In this document: piece after piece, positions 1 to 14,327 of the stretch | Position numbering within the stretch: the first letter of the stretch is position 1 | Layout: every line of letters begins with the position of its first letter | NCBI RefSeq assembly: GCF_036971445.1 | Contig: NC_091478.1 | Span: forward strand, 63,054,001-63,118,000 | Origin: Narcine bancroftii | Taxonomy: Eukaryota | Length of the DNA: 64,000 nucleotides | Direction: 5' to 3' | Translations under genes and position numbers: made by a program | Notes under the pieces: generated by a model | The model's database searches: none | The model's input: the letters and a program-made list of their open reading frames with translations, nothing else | Told to the model about the DNA's origin: nothing

Positions 1-597
1 AGTTTAACTGCGGGTCTGGACTCCCAGCGATGGCACCCCGACTTCCTCAGGGTGTTGCTGCTGGTCTCCCCCCCTCCAGTATCTCATTGTTTTCTCACCA
101 ATTCGCAAAGAAAAACAATTTCTTCAGATTAAAATGCTACCTGGTGCATTTCCATCAATGGCGTCATCTTCCTGCATACTCCCTCCATTGAAATTGAAAG
201 TCTTTCCAAATCGGGGTCCATTTCTTGGAAACACACACCTTCTTCTGGAGAACGAGTAATTCCAGCGCACTCCTTCATTTGGTGAACAATAGATTATTTT
301 CAGCCCCCACAGGCGATCTTTGGGGTTAAGGCAATGAAGAAATTGAGCCTGGGGCTGTTTCAGGTCTCTAGGCCCCAGATCTTTGGCACTTCAAAAATGT
401 AACTTCTTATGAACTTGTGGATTAGTCCTTTTCCCATTAGTGGCCATAATAATTCCTTAATACTTTAAACTAAAATTTTAAAAGTTTTCAAGTTTTAAAA
501 ACTTGAAAACAAAGTGTTAAAAAACAGGTATTTAAAAGTCTGGCCAGAGAGGTTGAGATTGCACATCCAGACTCTACACCATCTTGTCACGCCACCC
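1..597 (-). mobile_element. L1-clade LINE family A, 5' UTR and start of ORF1
   Basis: Aligns by eye with 42637-43235 and 53509-54090, which continue into L1 ORF1/ORF2. Confidence 0.8.
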
Positions 598-3500
598 CCA
601 TCTTTGGTATTAATGTAATTATTGCTCTCTTACATGAATCTGGCAAGTTTTCTGTTTCTTATGTCTGGTTCATTACTTACAGTAGAGGAGGAATTAATAA
701 CTCTTCAAATATTTTATAAAATTCTATTGGAAATCCATCCTCTCCTGGTGATTTATTGTTCAGCAGCTTTTTTAATATATCCTGTACTTCCTCTATTTCA
801 AATGGTTTTATTCGTTTGTTTTGTTCCTCTTCTTGCAAATTCGGCAATTCAATTTTAGCTTAAAAATTCCTCTATTTTATCATCTTTGCCCTCGTTCTCA
901 GTTTGTTACAATTGTTCATAAAATTCTTTATAATTTCTGTTGGATTATATGTAATTTGTTTGTCTTTTTTCCTTTAACTTGTTCTGTTTTAAGTTGCCAG
1001 GCTAATATTTTATGTGTTTTTTTTCTCCCAGTTCATAATATTTTTGCTTTGTTTCCATTATGTTCTTCTCCACCTGATACATTTGTAATGTTTCGTATTT
1101 AAATTTTTTTGTCCGCCAATTCTCTCCTTTTCATTGTATCATCCCTTTTCACTAATTCCTTTTCTGTACTTACTATCTCCATTTCCAACTGCTCTATTTC
1201 CCGATTGTAATCCTATTTCATCTTAGTCACATAACTTATTATCTGCCCTCTAATGAAGGCTTTTGTTGTGTCCCATAATATAAATTTGTCTTTCAGTGAT
1301 CCTGTGTTTATTTCAAAATATGTTTTAATTTGGAATTCAATAAACTCCCTACATTCCTGTCTTTTACAAAGCATGGAGTTTAACCTCTATCTATATATTC
1401 TTGGTGGGATGTCCACCCCAGTTCTATTGCTAATAATAGGGGTGAATGATCTGATAGTAGTCTAGCTTTATACTCAGTTTTTCTAACTCTCCCTTGAATA
1501 TGGGCTGACAACAAAAACATAACAATCCTTGAGTAAGTTTTGTGCCTACTCGAATAATATGAAAATTCCTTCTCTCTTGGGTGTTACCTCATCCATAAGT
1601 TTCATTTCCTGCATTGATTTAACCATAATATTGGTTACTTTATTCTTTTTACTTGTCTTTTGTCCAGTTTTATCCAACATTGGGTCCAAATTAAGGTTAA
1701 AATCCCCTCCTATCAATATATTTCTTTGTGTGTCTGCAATCTTCAAAAAAATATCCTGCATAAACTTATGATCCTCCTCATTAGGTGCGTATATATTGAG
1801 CAAATTCCAAAATTCTGAGTGTATCTGACACTTTATCATTGCATACCTCCCTGCCGGATCTATTATTTCCTCCTCTATTTTGATTGGTAATATGGCTATA
1901 CCTCTAGCTTTTGAATGACAGGATGATGCCATTACATGTCCTACCCAATCTCTATTTAGTTTGTTATGTTCCGCTTCAGTTATGTGTTTCCCGCACAATT
2001 GCTATATCTATTTTTTCCTTCTTCAATAAATTTAGTAGCCTCTTCCTTTTAATTTGGTTATGGATTACATTAATGTTTATAGTCATATAGTTCAACATGG
2101 CCATCTTATATCTTGTATACACCACTTTTCCAACTCTTCGCCACCTCCATCCCCCTTTTCCCCATTTTCATCTCTTAGTTTTCTCTTATTACACTTAATG
2201 TACAACAACACATTTAAAACATAAAGTACCCTCACAGTTCTCACATTAACCCCAAAAGTTTCCCCCTCTCTGAGTTGCCCCATATCCATTGCTGGACATC
2301 CACAACTCCCCTTTTCACTTGGATTGCAATCTTGTTCACAGCGCCAACTGATTTTGCAGTGATGGTTATTCCATCTCTACCCATCCCTCTCCAGAAAACA
2401 CTTTTTTAAAACACATATAACAAAGCTCTCTCTTTTTCCCCTTACCCCCTTCCTTCCTTCTCTTTTCCCTCTATAGTTCTTTACATATAAATTGTTTTTA
2501 CATCTTTATATATACTTTATCACCATTTGTCATTCTTGTTACATCTCTTCATCTCTTCTTCTGTCTTGCAAACATTCTGCAAATTCTTGCACTTTCTCTG
2601 GATCCGAGAACAGTCTGTTTTGCTCCCTGGGTATAAATATTTTAAACCAGATGGATTTCATGACATGTATTTTTAACTTTTTTTTCCATAAAATCAATTT
2701 CGCTGTTTTAAACTCCTTCCTCCTCCTTGAGTTCAAAACTTATGCCTGGGTACAAAAAATATTTTTGACCCTTTTATTCCAATGCTTTTTTAAATCTTCT
2801 CTAACTTTATTCCTAGCTCTTTCCAGTATATTTTCTCTTGTCGTGTATCTCAAAAATTTTATTAAGATGGATCTTGGTTTTTGATGTGCCTGTGGTTTCG
2901 GAGCTAATGGTCTGTGTGCCCTATTTTCTATTCTTCCTGCATTTCTGTCATTCCCAGGACCTTCTGGATCTATCCTTTTATAAATTGCTTCATGTCTGTG
3001 CCTTCTTCACCCTCCTTCAAGCCCACTATTTTTTATGTTGTTCCACCAACTATAATTTTCCAACATATCAATTTTCTGAGATAACAACTCTTGTGTCTCT
3101 TTAATTTTTTTTGTCACTTTCTTCCAATTTTTCTCTTAAGTCATTTACTTCCATTTCTACACCATTTCCCATTCTTCCACGTACTCTACTCTTTTCCCTA
3201 TTTCTGTTATTACCACTTCTAAACTTTGCATCTTCTGTTCTTTTCATTTTCCTTTTAATTGCATTAAATTCTAATTATAACCATTCTTTTAGTGATCTCA
3301 TTTGTTCTTAAAAAAATACTTTATCTATACTCTGTTCATCAGTTTTACCTTTTATTTCTGTTTGTCCATCAGTTTTATCTTCTATTTCTCTATGAAGATC
3401 TTGGTTTTCTTCTTTCTCTTCTTTTGTGACTGTACCTGTGTTTGTGTCTTCATCTTCTCCTCTTTGTGCCTGTGTCTCTTCTGTTTTCCCTTATGAGCTA

Positions 3501-4135
3501 CTTGTATCTCTTTGTCAGGCCTCTTCTTGCTGGGCCTTTTGTTGCTGGTCCTCCCCTCCTGGGCTGCTTATGTGTTGTGCTTCCTGACGTTGGCCTTCTT
3601 ATCATTCAACCCTCCGTCTATATCCCACATCTGTTTCATCGCTCCCTCTTCTGCTGTCTTCCTCATCCTCCAGCTGAGAGCCCTGGTGTTGGGTGTCATT
3701 TAGCTGTTCACGTTGTGACAGCCTGCTCCTCTGCTGAGCCCCCTTCCACCAGTGTCCTCTTTCTCCTTTGATTGCACACTGCACACATTTGTTTGGCTCA
3801 GAGAACCATTTTTGAAGTCCACCAGCTGGTGAGTCGCAACTCTGTAGGTCAGGTACTGACCTCGAGGATTGGGCGCTCCTCGCCACCACAGCGCCTTGTT
3901 CCTTCTTGTAGGTAAAGTCTTCTTCTTTCTTCTCCGGCGACTTTTCTCCTTTTTTTTCCAGTTGTTCTTACTTTCTCCTTCTTGGAAGCCATCTTCTTTC
4001 TCTTTTCTCTATCTTTATCTTCTATTTCTTATATTTTATTTTTGTTATGCTTTGCTTTTTTCTAACGTTTCTCCTATTTTCCTGGAGAGGGCTGGTTTCC
4101 CCAACCGGCCACTACTCCATCACGTGACTCCCGAC
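598..4135 (-). mobile_element. L1-clade LINE family B, 5' half (5' UTR, ORF1, endonuclease), degenerate
   Basis: ORF 1546-1998 has APE motifs LLNIYAPN and IGGDFN. ORF1 remnants at about 2500-3300. Confidence 0.85.
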
Positions 4136-4139
4136 TCAC

Positions 4140-6575
4140 CGGAACTTGATGTCCTCTATTCTCTCCTCTACTGAGTTATTAATGTGTAGTGGGAGGTAGC
4201 AGTCGCTGGCCTATCACAATCATCTGCTTTATCTTCTCCAGGATGATTCTCCGGTTGTTTCTCTTGCACTATTTCACAAGATTCCCCCCCCCACCCCCGC
4301 CCTCTTCTCTGTAGTGCGACTCATCATTGTTGCTGATCAGGCTAAGCACTGTCGTGTCATCCAAAAACTCTGTTGGAGCTGGATCTGACACTGCTGTTGT
4401 ATGTCCATAGGGTAAAGAAGTGCGGACTGAGCACACAGCTCTCAGCTGAGAGCCAGTTCTCAGCATGATGGTGTTCCACGTTCTGCTTCAGTCCCGAACA
4501 GTCTTCTTTCCTTAAGGAGTCCAGAATCCAGTTAGATGGAGGGGTGATGAGTTGCAGCGAGGTCAACTTGCCACTAATCTTTGGAGTAGATTGTACGAAA
4601 CGCCGAGCTGAAGTAAATGTACAGCACTTAGCATATATTGTTCTCCAGATGGGTCAAGGTGGAGTGATTTTCAATCAATTGCTTTCTCAAAATAGGCTGT
4701 GATGCAACCAGTCAGTATGCTTTCCACGGTGCACCTGCGGAACTTTGATATCTTCTTCTTTGGCTTGGCTTCGCGGATGAAGATTTATGGAGGGGGTAAA
4801 TGTCCACGTCAGCTGCAGGCTCGTTTGTGGCTGACAAGTCCGATGCGGGACAGGCAGACATGGTTGCAGCGGTTGCAGAGGAAAATTGGTTGGTTGGGGT
4901 TGGGTGTTGGGTTTTTCTTCCTTTGTCTTTTGTCAGTGAGGTGGGCTCTGCGGTCTTCTTGAAAGGAGGTTGCTACCCTCCGAACTGTGAGGCGCCAAGA
5001 TGCACGGTTTGAGGCAATATCAGCGCACTGGCGGTGGTCAATGTGGCAGGCACCAAGAGATTTCTTTAGGCAGTCCTTGTACCTCTTCTTTGGTGCATTC
5101 TGTCACGGTGGCCAGTGGAGGGCTCACCATATAACATGATCTTGGGAAGGCGATGGTTCTCCATTCTGGAGACGTGACCCACCCAGCGCAGCTGGATCTT
5201 CAGCAGCACGGACTCGATGCTTTCGGCCTCTGCCATCTTGAGTACTTCGACGATAGGGATGAAGGCGCTCGAATGAATGTTGAGGATGGAGCGGAGACAA
5301 CGCTGGTAGAAGCGTTCTAGGAGCCATAGGTGATGCCGGTAGAGGACCCATGATTTGGAGCTGAACAGGAGTGTGGGTATGACAACGGCTCTGTATACGC
5401 TTATCTTTGTGAGGTTTTTCAGTTGGTTGTTTTTCCAGACTCTTTTGTGCAGTCTTCCAAAGGTGCTATTTGCCTTGGCGAGTCTGTTGTCTATCTCGTT
5501 GTCGATCCTTGCATCTGATGAAATGGTGCAGCCGAGATAGGTAAACTGGTTGACTGTTTTGAGTTTTGTGTGCCCGATGGAGATGTGGGGGGGCTGGTAG
5601 TCATGGTGGGGAGCTGGCTGATGGAGGACCTCAGTTTTCTTCAGGCTGACTTCCAGGCCAAACATTTTGGGAGTTTCCGCAAAACAGGACATCAAGCGCT
5701 GAAGAGCTGGCTCTGAATGGGCAACTAAAGCGGCATCGTCTGCAAAGAGTAGTTCACGGACAAGTTTCTCTTGTGTCTTGGTGTGAGCTTGCAGATGCCT
5801 CAGATTGAAGAGACTGCCATCCGTGAGGTACCAGATGTAAACAGCATCTTCATTGTTGACGTCTTTCATGGCTTGGTTCAGCATCATGCTGAAGAAGATT
5901 GAAAAGAGGGTTGGTGCGAGACCACAGCCTTGCTTCATGCCATTGTTAATGGAGAAGGGTTCAGAGAGCTCATTGCTGTATCTGACCCGACCTTGTTGGT
6001 TTTCGTGCAGTTGAATAACCATGTTGAGGAACTTTGGGGGCATCCGATGCGCTCTAGTATTTGCCAAAGCCCTTTCCTGCTCATGGTGTCGAAGTCTTTG
6101 GTGAGGTCAACAAAGGTGATGTAGAGTCCTTTGATATATAATTTGATGGTATACCAGATATCTAGACATTTTAGAAAGTATAGGCATTGGTATGCCTTCT
6201 TCAAGTTTGTCTCGAAGCATTGCTCTGGGAGAGCCCTTCTAATATATGGACTTCAAGGAACTTGAAGGTATTAAGTCTCTCCACCTCTGTCCCATCTATA
6301 GAGTCTGGCATGTGATCTATCGGCTTCCCCCTTTCTATTATCAAGCTCTTTGGTCTTAATGATGTTGAGAGCAGGAATGTGGTTGTGGCACCACCCATTC
6401 GTATTCCTGACCTATATTTTGACATTATTTCCAGTTATCTGGCCAACCAAGGGGAGTCTCAGCAACTTTATAGACTGTGATGCAGATGCATTTGTCTACA
6501 CAGTCCACAAGAAATAAAGCAGGGGCCCTTGGGTGACCTTGAATTGATGGTCAGCGAGGAGGATGTACCAATCTG
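4140..6575 (-). mobile_element. Rex1/Babar-type LINE fragments, interrupted by an RTE copy
   Basis: FLDDTTVLSLISNNDESHYREE (RT xADD region) and VERLNTFKFLEVHI. Confidence 0.7.
4752..6130 (-). mobile_element. RTE-clade LINE, 5'-truncated
   Basis: RT ORF 5066-6067 (LLFADDAAL), (AAG)n-type tail, CTTTGATAT repeated at both junctions. Same family as 37640-41196. Confidence 0.95.
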
Positions 6576-6609
6576 TCTTTTCCTATGCCATATGCAAATA
6601 TGTGTGACA

Positions 6610-7610
6610 TTGGATAACTCAGGCACTTGCGATGGTAAAGGATCCCTGGTTGGCTCACCAGCAGCATCACCTCTCCTTTGTGTAGCACTTTACCACCGAC
6701 ATTAGGCACAAGGCGGGAAAGAACAACATGGTTGCTGATGCACTCTCCCAGCCATCTGTACGCTGACACACAGCCTCGACTTCCACCAGCTCACCCAGGA
6801 CCCGATGTCTGATGAGGAGATGAGAGCCTTCAAGACCACCATCACCAGCCTGCGGTTCCGAGATCTCCTGACTCCGAGTGGTGAAGATACCATCCTTTGC
6901 AATATCTCCATGGGCACTCCATGACCAGTGGTTCCCCAGCAGTGGCACAGGCGGGTCTTTCATCACATCCAAGACCTTTCACATCCGTCCATCACATCCA
7001 CGGTCCGGATGATGGCAGAACGGTTCATATGGCATGGGCTGCGGAAGCAGATCGTGGGCTGGGCCAGAACATGCACCCATTGCAGACATCCAAGGTGCAT
7101 ACGCACACCAGGGCACTGTAACAGGAGTTCGAGTATGTCCGGGAATGGTTCAGCCACATTCACATGGACATTGTCAGGCCCTTACCCATTTCCCGAGGCA
7201 ACCATTACCTGTTTATGATGGTGGACCACACCACTCGCTGGCCCAAGGCAATCTCGATGCTAGACACCTCCACTGACTCCTGCTCCCAGCACTGTTGCAT
7301 GGTTGTGTCACCCGGTTCAGCATCCTGGGGCACCTCACCAGCGATTGGAGCATCCAGTTCACATCTGTGCTCTGGGCACAGCTCGCCAATAGGTTGGGGA
7401 TACAGCTACACCGCACCATGGCCTACCACCCACTGGCCAATAGACTGGTTGAATGTCTGCACCGGTGCTGACTGGTTGGACAAACTGCCTTGGGTGCTCC
7501 TGGGCATCCACTCCACTCCCAAGGAAGATCTGCAGGTGTCATCAGCTGAGCTGGTCTATGGTGCACCGCTGGCACTACCTGGTGAGTTCGTCAAAGCACC
7601 TCACAATCCA
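6610..7610 (+). mobile_element. Ty3/Gypsy pol fragment (RNase H end, HHCC zinc finger, integrase core), frameshifted
   Basis: GKNNMVADALS, SHPS...FIWHGLRKQIVGWARTCTHC, MDIVRPLP...YLFMMVDHTTRWPKAI, LPWVLLGIHSTPKEDL. Confidence 0.9.
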
Positions 7611-9209
7611 TTTCATTGGATAACCATCGAAGAGTTTAGCCAAAAAACATAACATTAATGATTTTTTTTTAGCTCAGCGAGAATCTCTCCAAATGTTTCC
7701 GAAACTCAATTATTTATTCGACATACATACAGGATGTGGTTCAGTCATTCAGCTCGAAGAGATACACTTCTGTATATCTAATTTTAACATTATTCAATAG
7801 GCACGTCAACATATACGCAGTATTTTAAAAAAAAACACAGAAAATGCTCCAAAGTGCATACTTGAATGTAATTATTGCAATATCTGCTGTCAATATTCAA
7901 TGGAAATTCAGTGCCCGTTATGGCGGTCTCACCTTTCTGTTTATACAAATGACCAAGTCTCAATGCTTGCTTTAAAATGTACGTTTCTGATAAGTTGCCA
8001 AAATGGTTTCGTGAGAGGGGTAAGTTTTAAACGAGATTTGCAGGGCAATTCTGTGGAGACAGTGTTTAGTCGCTGAAATGCGGATGCGTGGCATGTGTTA
8101 GAAACTGATAGGATAGCAAAGTTTAAACATTCGGAGGCATTTAGAGAGCTGTATGGAAGACAGGGGTATGATCCATCTTCAAACATATGGGATTAGTGTT
8201 ATTTTGCAATGTTATCCACATAATCAGGATGGGACGAATGGACTGTTAATTTCTGTTGTTACCAGTTCACTGGAGCAATTACTTTCATAAATTCCGATCT
8301 TCGTTTGGATATCGTGAGCAATTACGTCCTTCGTGAAGCTACTATGGGGTTTTGCAAATATCTTGCTAAATGCAAGATACTCCCATCCGATTTCTGAATC
8401 TGAGGAGAAATCGCAGGAACAAAACAATCCGTCTCCCCAACCCCCGTTAGCCGATACCTTCACTGGATGTAATTTCTGTCTCAATCGTAGTATTTCCATC
8501 ACTTGGCTCCCCAGTAATTCGTAATTCTCTGCCTCAATTTGTGAATGTTCCTGACTTAACCTTTACGACGGACAGAAAGACATTAGTCGACCAGCCGAAG
8601 ATGGAGGGTCTGCGGGTATTAACGAGGTATACCTCTACCTCTAACTCGACCTTTCGGGAAGTTGATTCCAAAGATATACGAGCGCGTGATGACTGGTACC
8701 TGTAAGTATTCTAAGTGTCACATACATAAAACTTGAAACTGATCCAAACTATTGCCCCTTGGATAAGTCTACAGCACACTTACGAGGGCAAAATACTGGA
8801 CGGAGTGGTCCTAAATGACTGGTCGACTGTTTTATGGGAATATAGAAAAAATAAACATCACCAAGTTGTGGTTTCGCTGAGATACACTGTGTTGTAGATC
8901 CATGGTTAATATCATGGCTTGCATGCCACTGTGAAGCAAAGGAAAGATTTAAATACAATTCCTCAGACAGCCAAACCTGAGGTTCCCATGTTCAAATGAA
9001 TCAAAGGTTATACAATGAAGATCCAACAGTAGGTGGAATGGCTCTCTTCATTTCTTTCAGAGGTATCACAGGGTAAACAGATCCATTCTGAGTCAGGATG
9101 GGCAGAATTTGCACCGTGGGTCGTGGAGCAGAAATTCTTCGAATTGGAGGAGACTGCTGGGAAGAGCCGAGGACACGACATCCACTGTGGAAAGACAGCA
9201 GGAATATAA

Positions 9210-9465
9210 TTTTTAATTTAGAGGTATAACATGCCATTCGGCCCACGAGTCCATTACCCACGACTCAAACCCCCACCACCCTAACACTCCCACCCCATTT
9301 ATACCCCATTAACTACATGCCCGTTACGTTTCGAACAGTTGAAGAAAACCGGAGCCCCCGGAGAAAACACGGGCGAAGATTCAAACTCCTTATAGACACT
9401 GCGGGATTCCAACCCTGGTCGTGGTCGCTGGCGCTGTAAAGGTGTTGCGCTCTCCGCAGCCACCA
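9210..9465 (-). mobile_element. tRNA-derived SINE
   Basis: Minus strand has a tRNA-like head (...AGCGCAACACCTTTACAGCGCCAGCGA...GGGTTGGAATCCC) followed by AAGGAGTTTG...CCCGTG...CCGGGGGCTCCGGTTT. A related fragment lies at about 22990-23130. Confidence 0.7.
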
Positions 9466-10574
9466 GTGATGGCAGTGTCACCTTTCCTTAAGGTGATCTG
9501 TGTGATTTCCTGGCATATCATTTTGCCAAATATAGCTGATGACTTCGTGGCTTCACGATAAAAATCATCTAAGGACCCTTTCAATCTCCAGATAATCAGG
9601 GAGCAGCTGCATTGCTGGACCACAATACCGACGTCTGAATTCAAAGGATTTCATGCCAGAAACTGAGCCAGACATTGAGGAGGCCTTTCAAGTGTCCAAA
9701 AATTGTTGGCTTTCTCTTTGTCCATGATGACCTGACTCTTTTATGCCTGGTTCACGTCTAGTGGCTCTCATCGCATTGCCAAAATTAATGAGTTCTCTCC
9801 ATCCACCGTCCGTCCTTCAGCTTACAGCTTTTTTGCTAGACTTCTGCCAATATGCGCCCGTAGAGCATTTTATATTCTTTGGCACAACTTCCAATACGGG
9901 ACACTTTATGTCAATTTTCAATTCAATTCCGATCCCCAGGAGATTATCGCTGAATTACTGCTCATTCCACTAGGATCATCTTATCTACATTTGGGGTGTG
10001 AATTAGGTCTTTAGCAAGTTCTGTGTTCCATGTATTGGACGTTACCTGAAGTTGCTACACTTGATTCATATGTTTTAAGTGTAACTCCAGTGAGCTGTGG
10101 CTCCCTAACATTCACTAATTAAGCGGGGGAAGCTGATGAGAAGGCAGAGTCATCCTTTGTTAATGGACCAAAAATATCTTGCTAAATGCATGAAAATATG
10201 AAAATATCCTTCCTCTTCGATGTAGTGATCAGCCATGATCTGTAAAATGGCGGTGCTGGCTCGACGGGCCGAAGGGCCTACTCCAGCTCCTATTGTCTAT
10301 TGTCTTCTGGTTTCAAACTCCAGAATACTGTGTACTTACAACTTTCTACTTAAAACTGGCCAGATCGCTCAGTGGATTCATTGGACTTGATTCATTGGAT
10401 TTGACATTCGGTATGTCAAAACGCCTGCATTTTCTATCCGTGTTTATCGGGTGTCCTTCTGGTTATTTACCTCTGTTATTGACCTTGAAGCTCGTGGAAT
10501 TTCATGTCAGAATCTTCATATTGAGGAGTTATATCTGCCTAAGTTTTTTGCCTTTAACCTGAGATCACACGGTA

Positions 10575-11520
10575 CACCTGTAGAAAAGTGCAAGTTTTGG
10601 TGACATATTCAATCCCCCTAAACTCCTCGCAAAGTATAACCACTGTAGAGCATTTTACGTTAACGCGCTGAGATGTAGACAGATCTTCTGGGATGTTGAC
10701 ATACGTGAATTTGAAGTTCTTAAATTTTCCTCTGATGACCCCTCATTGGGTTTCCCCCTCCTGAAGTCCACAATCACTTAATTAGTTTTACTAACGCTGA
10801 GTGCAGGGTGGTTGTTGTGAATGAGTATTCACCTGACCTATCTCATTCCTGTACACTTGGCAAATTTGTAAATGGCATTAGCATTGACCCTAGCCACATA
10901 AACATGGATGTAGACCCAGTCCAGCAATCGGAAGAGCGCTCATCCCTGAAGTACGCCTGTGTTGATTGTCAGTAAGGAGGAGTCGTTGTTCCAGAGCCAC
11001 ACTTACTGTGGTCCTCAACGAGGGTCAAAGATCCATTTTCAGAGGGGTTGCAGGGGCCCAGGTTTTGGAACTTGTTGACCAGCACTGAGGGTATGATGGT
11101 ATTGAAAACTGAGCTGTAGTGGATGAAGAGCAGCCTGATGTACGTGTTGTGGTCTAGGTGATCCGGAACTAAGCGGAGAACTAATGATACTGCATCTTCT
11201 GTGGAGCGATTGTGATGGAAGGCGACTTGCAGTAGGTCCAAAACTTTACTTAGGTCGGAGGTACATGTGACCATAACCAATCTCTCGAAATATTTCATCA
11301 CAGTAAATGTGAGTGCGACTAGGAGATAATCTTTGAGGCAGCTCATTCTGCTCTTATCGGGCACCTGCATGATTGAACCCTGGCTGCAGCAATGACCAAT
11401 TAAAAATATCGATGGACTCTCCAACTAGTTGATGGGCGCAGATATTCAGTACCCTTCCAGGTAAGCCATCAGGACAGGGCGATAGCCAAAATACTTGTTG
11501 AAAGGTATGCCATTCTGTGG
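10575..11520 (-). mobile_element. Rex1/Babar LINE RT fragment
   Basis: VALTFTVMKYFERLV and YIRLLFIHYSSVFNTIIP. Confidence 0.8.
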
Positions 11521-12339
11521 AATACTTCGCCCACTGTGGTCATGCCACAGGAATCAAAGATGAACTGTATGTTACATATGTTATATACATTAATAACACG
11601 AATTAGCTATGGTTTATTGACAGTTCTGATCGTTGAGAAAATAAACCACGTGGTGATACAAATATCTTCAAAGAGATTAACAACACATGGTGTCGTTGAT
11701 TAGATACTGACTGTTTTTTACCGCGAGCACCAAATGTGCGCGCCCATATAAAAATGCGTATACACACACACACACACTTAACTATTATACTATTATTGCA
11801 GGGAGTGGGATTCTCAGTTTCAGTTGTTTGCACAAGGTACGATTAATGCCTCTCAGTCTTGGTGCTGTAAGTTGTCAGTTGTTTTCCGTGACGACAGGTA
11901 CAGTTGCAGAACATGATTGGGGAGGGCTCGGCGCATATGTGTTTATTAAAGGAATCTGTTCTGTGAGGCGGGTTTGTGTGACAAATGTCCAATGTAGAAA
12001 GGCAAAAAGTGTAAAAGATCAGGATGGAAGCAGCAATTTTTGGAAGTGTGGTCACATTTATAATGTGGGGAACCGGTTGACTACATATTCAGAGCAAAAT
12101 CCGTCCAAGGGCACTTCAATGAAAACTGGATAATCGGTACTTTCATGAGCAGATTGACAGAATCCTATTCGGATTACTCCCCTTTTACTTTTAAATAGTA
12201 CCAGAAGATCTTTTCCCTGAGTTTGATACCTTCTCCCTTTTTCAGAAAATAAAGTAATTATTTGAACACTAATGGAAAACAGGGTTACAAATGGTGACAC
12301 GTAATGAACTGATTCCCGTTCTAAATAGAGACATTTCAA

Positions 12340-12920
12340 GTCGTCATATTTATGATCATCTGATTGTACAAGTACAACCCGATGAAACTGCATTTTCCAC
12401 TTCTCGGTGCACAACACGCAATCAGACATAACATACATACAGACAAACAATACATATGCAGGACATATAATCAGCTATACAAATAAATAAATAAATAGAT
12501 TTTGCTTCATGAATCGGATGGTTAGTGCGAGAATGTATTTTTGGTCTTTCAGCACGTGGGAAGAAACCTGGTACTGCTGGTTCTGATAATCCTGTATCTC
12601 TTCCCTGATGGAAGCAGTTGAAAGATGTGTGCAGCATACAAGCAGTCCACAATGATTTTGCGTGCCTTCCTCAGACAACCATCGGGTTGACCACATGAAT
12701 GGTAGGGGGTGGGGGGAAGGGTGTGGGTGGGTGGTGGTGAGGGAGACTCTGCCACTCTCCTGATCCTGTGGATGGACCTCCAATCCATTTCTCTGCAGCA
12801 AGGATACCACACGATGATGCAGCCAGCCACGACATTCTCCATAGAGTTCCTGCTGAAGGTTGACATACTGGTTAGTCTTGCCCACTTCATTCTTCCAAGG
12901 AAGTGTAGACGCTGTTGCAC
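12340..12920 (-). mobile_element. Rex1/Babar LINE 3' end
   Basis: QQRLHFLGRMK...GCIIVWY...FQLLPSGKRYR. Confidence 0.75.
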
Positions 12921-14327
12921 CTTTCATTTGTCGTATCCTCAGGCTCTGGAAATTCAGCAAATAGTTTTACCTTTTCATGCCATTTCATTTCTTACCAGAC
13001 GAAGAGGAATGTTTTAGGAAATAGAATCGTGTGAAGTCTTGGTATGTTTGTGATTTTATTTCATGCCAAATGCTTACATAATGTTGTAGACAAAGCAATC
13101 TGTGCATAATTCATATTTATTCCCTTATTATTGTCTTGAAAATGTATTGACCATTCACAATATACTTTTCAAATCATCTGATATTTATATGCAGATAGTA
13201 ATTAAATGTACTGAAATAATGTAAACAATATATGAGGTTGAAAATATACCCTGGCATAAACTGAAATCACTTTCCTCTAAGCTTTTATATGGAGCTATTC
13301 TATATTCTGGAACTTCCCCATTTTAGTTTTGAAGCTTTCATTTAAAATGTTTATTGGAAGCTCCAATCGACAGATTCAAACATTAATTTGGTGGCCAGTG
13401 TACATTTGTTTGCAAAATGTACAAAAGGCAAACAATAGTGTACCTCAACTCTATTTCAGGTGAATTTGTTTAACATTTGACAGCAAACATACACAGGTGA
13501 AGATAATGGGCGAAACAGGATTTGTTCTTTCTAAAGCATGCAGGGAACGGAAGCTGCACCAGTTCACTACACCCTACAGACACAATATGGTTCAAGGTAC
13601 CATGTTCCTTTTATTGTCATGCCATTGAAATGTAACCTTTGTCTACATAATGTAAAGAGTAGCCATGAGCTTGGTGCTCATGGAGAAAGAGAAGAAAAAG
13701 AGAGCGTCTTCAGAGTCACAGAGTGTCTGAGGATTCACAAAGGCATCCGGCAGCCCTTCTTATCCTGAAATACCTCCTGGAATCCCGGCTCCAATACGTG
13801 GTTCCCATGATCAAGCCGCTTGCAGCCAGCAGCTTGTGTGGGTCCCCCACCACGTCTCCAGTTGCCTGTGTCGGTCACTCGCTCGCTGGTCCCTTCAGTC
13901 CTGTCAGGTCATCTCCTCTGCTTCCCCTTTATAACTGGAGGCGTTCTCACTGTCACTGTTGCCCTGCGCCTGTCCATTGATCCTTCAGAGTCTGCAAGCC
14001 CTCGTGGCCACTGCCCAGCGCAAGAGTTGATATCTTGGGCATATATGGCTGCAGCACTTTACTTACAAACTCTGTTGGCAATTTAACAGTTTGTTTAAAG
14101 CCTGCATGGAGCTTCGATGTACAGGAAATCACAATGGGAGCACCTGAAGAATTACAAGTTAAATGTAACTTAACCTATGCAGTCCATTGTGGGCACTGAA
14201 GGTTGGCGAGGGAAGAAACGTGAGTGCAGAAGAAGCACCTCCTCCTAGGATTGTTGTGTAAAGAGGGCACACAAAATTGTTCAGGCCCTTTGACCCTGCA
14301 AACAGCATCATTCAGCTACTTCCATTT

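Noticed and set aside
9390-9465. tRNA gene
   Set aside because: Degenerate tRNA-like head followed by a SINE body.
12058-12270. Minus-strand frame with a faint CUB-like look (TQGKDLLVLFKS)
   Set aside because: No conserved Cys or other CUB motifs, no convincing donor, and no partner exons.
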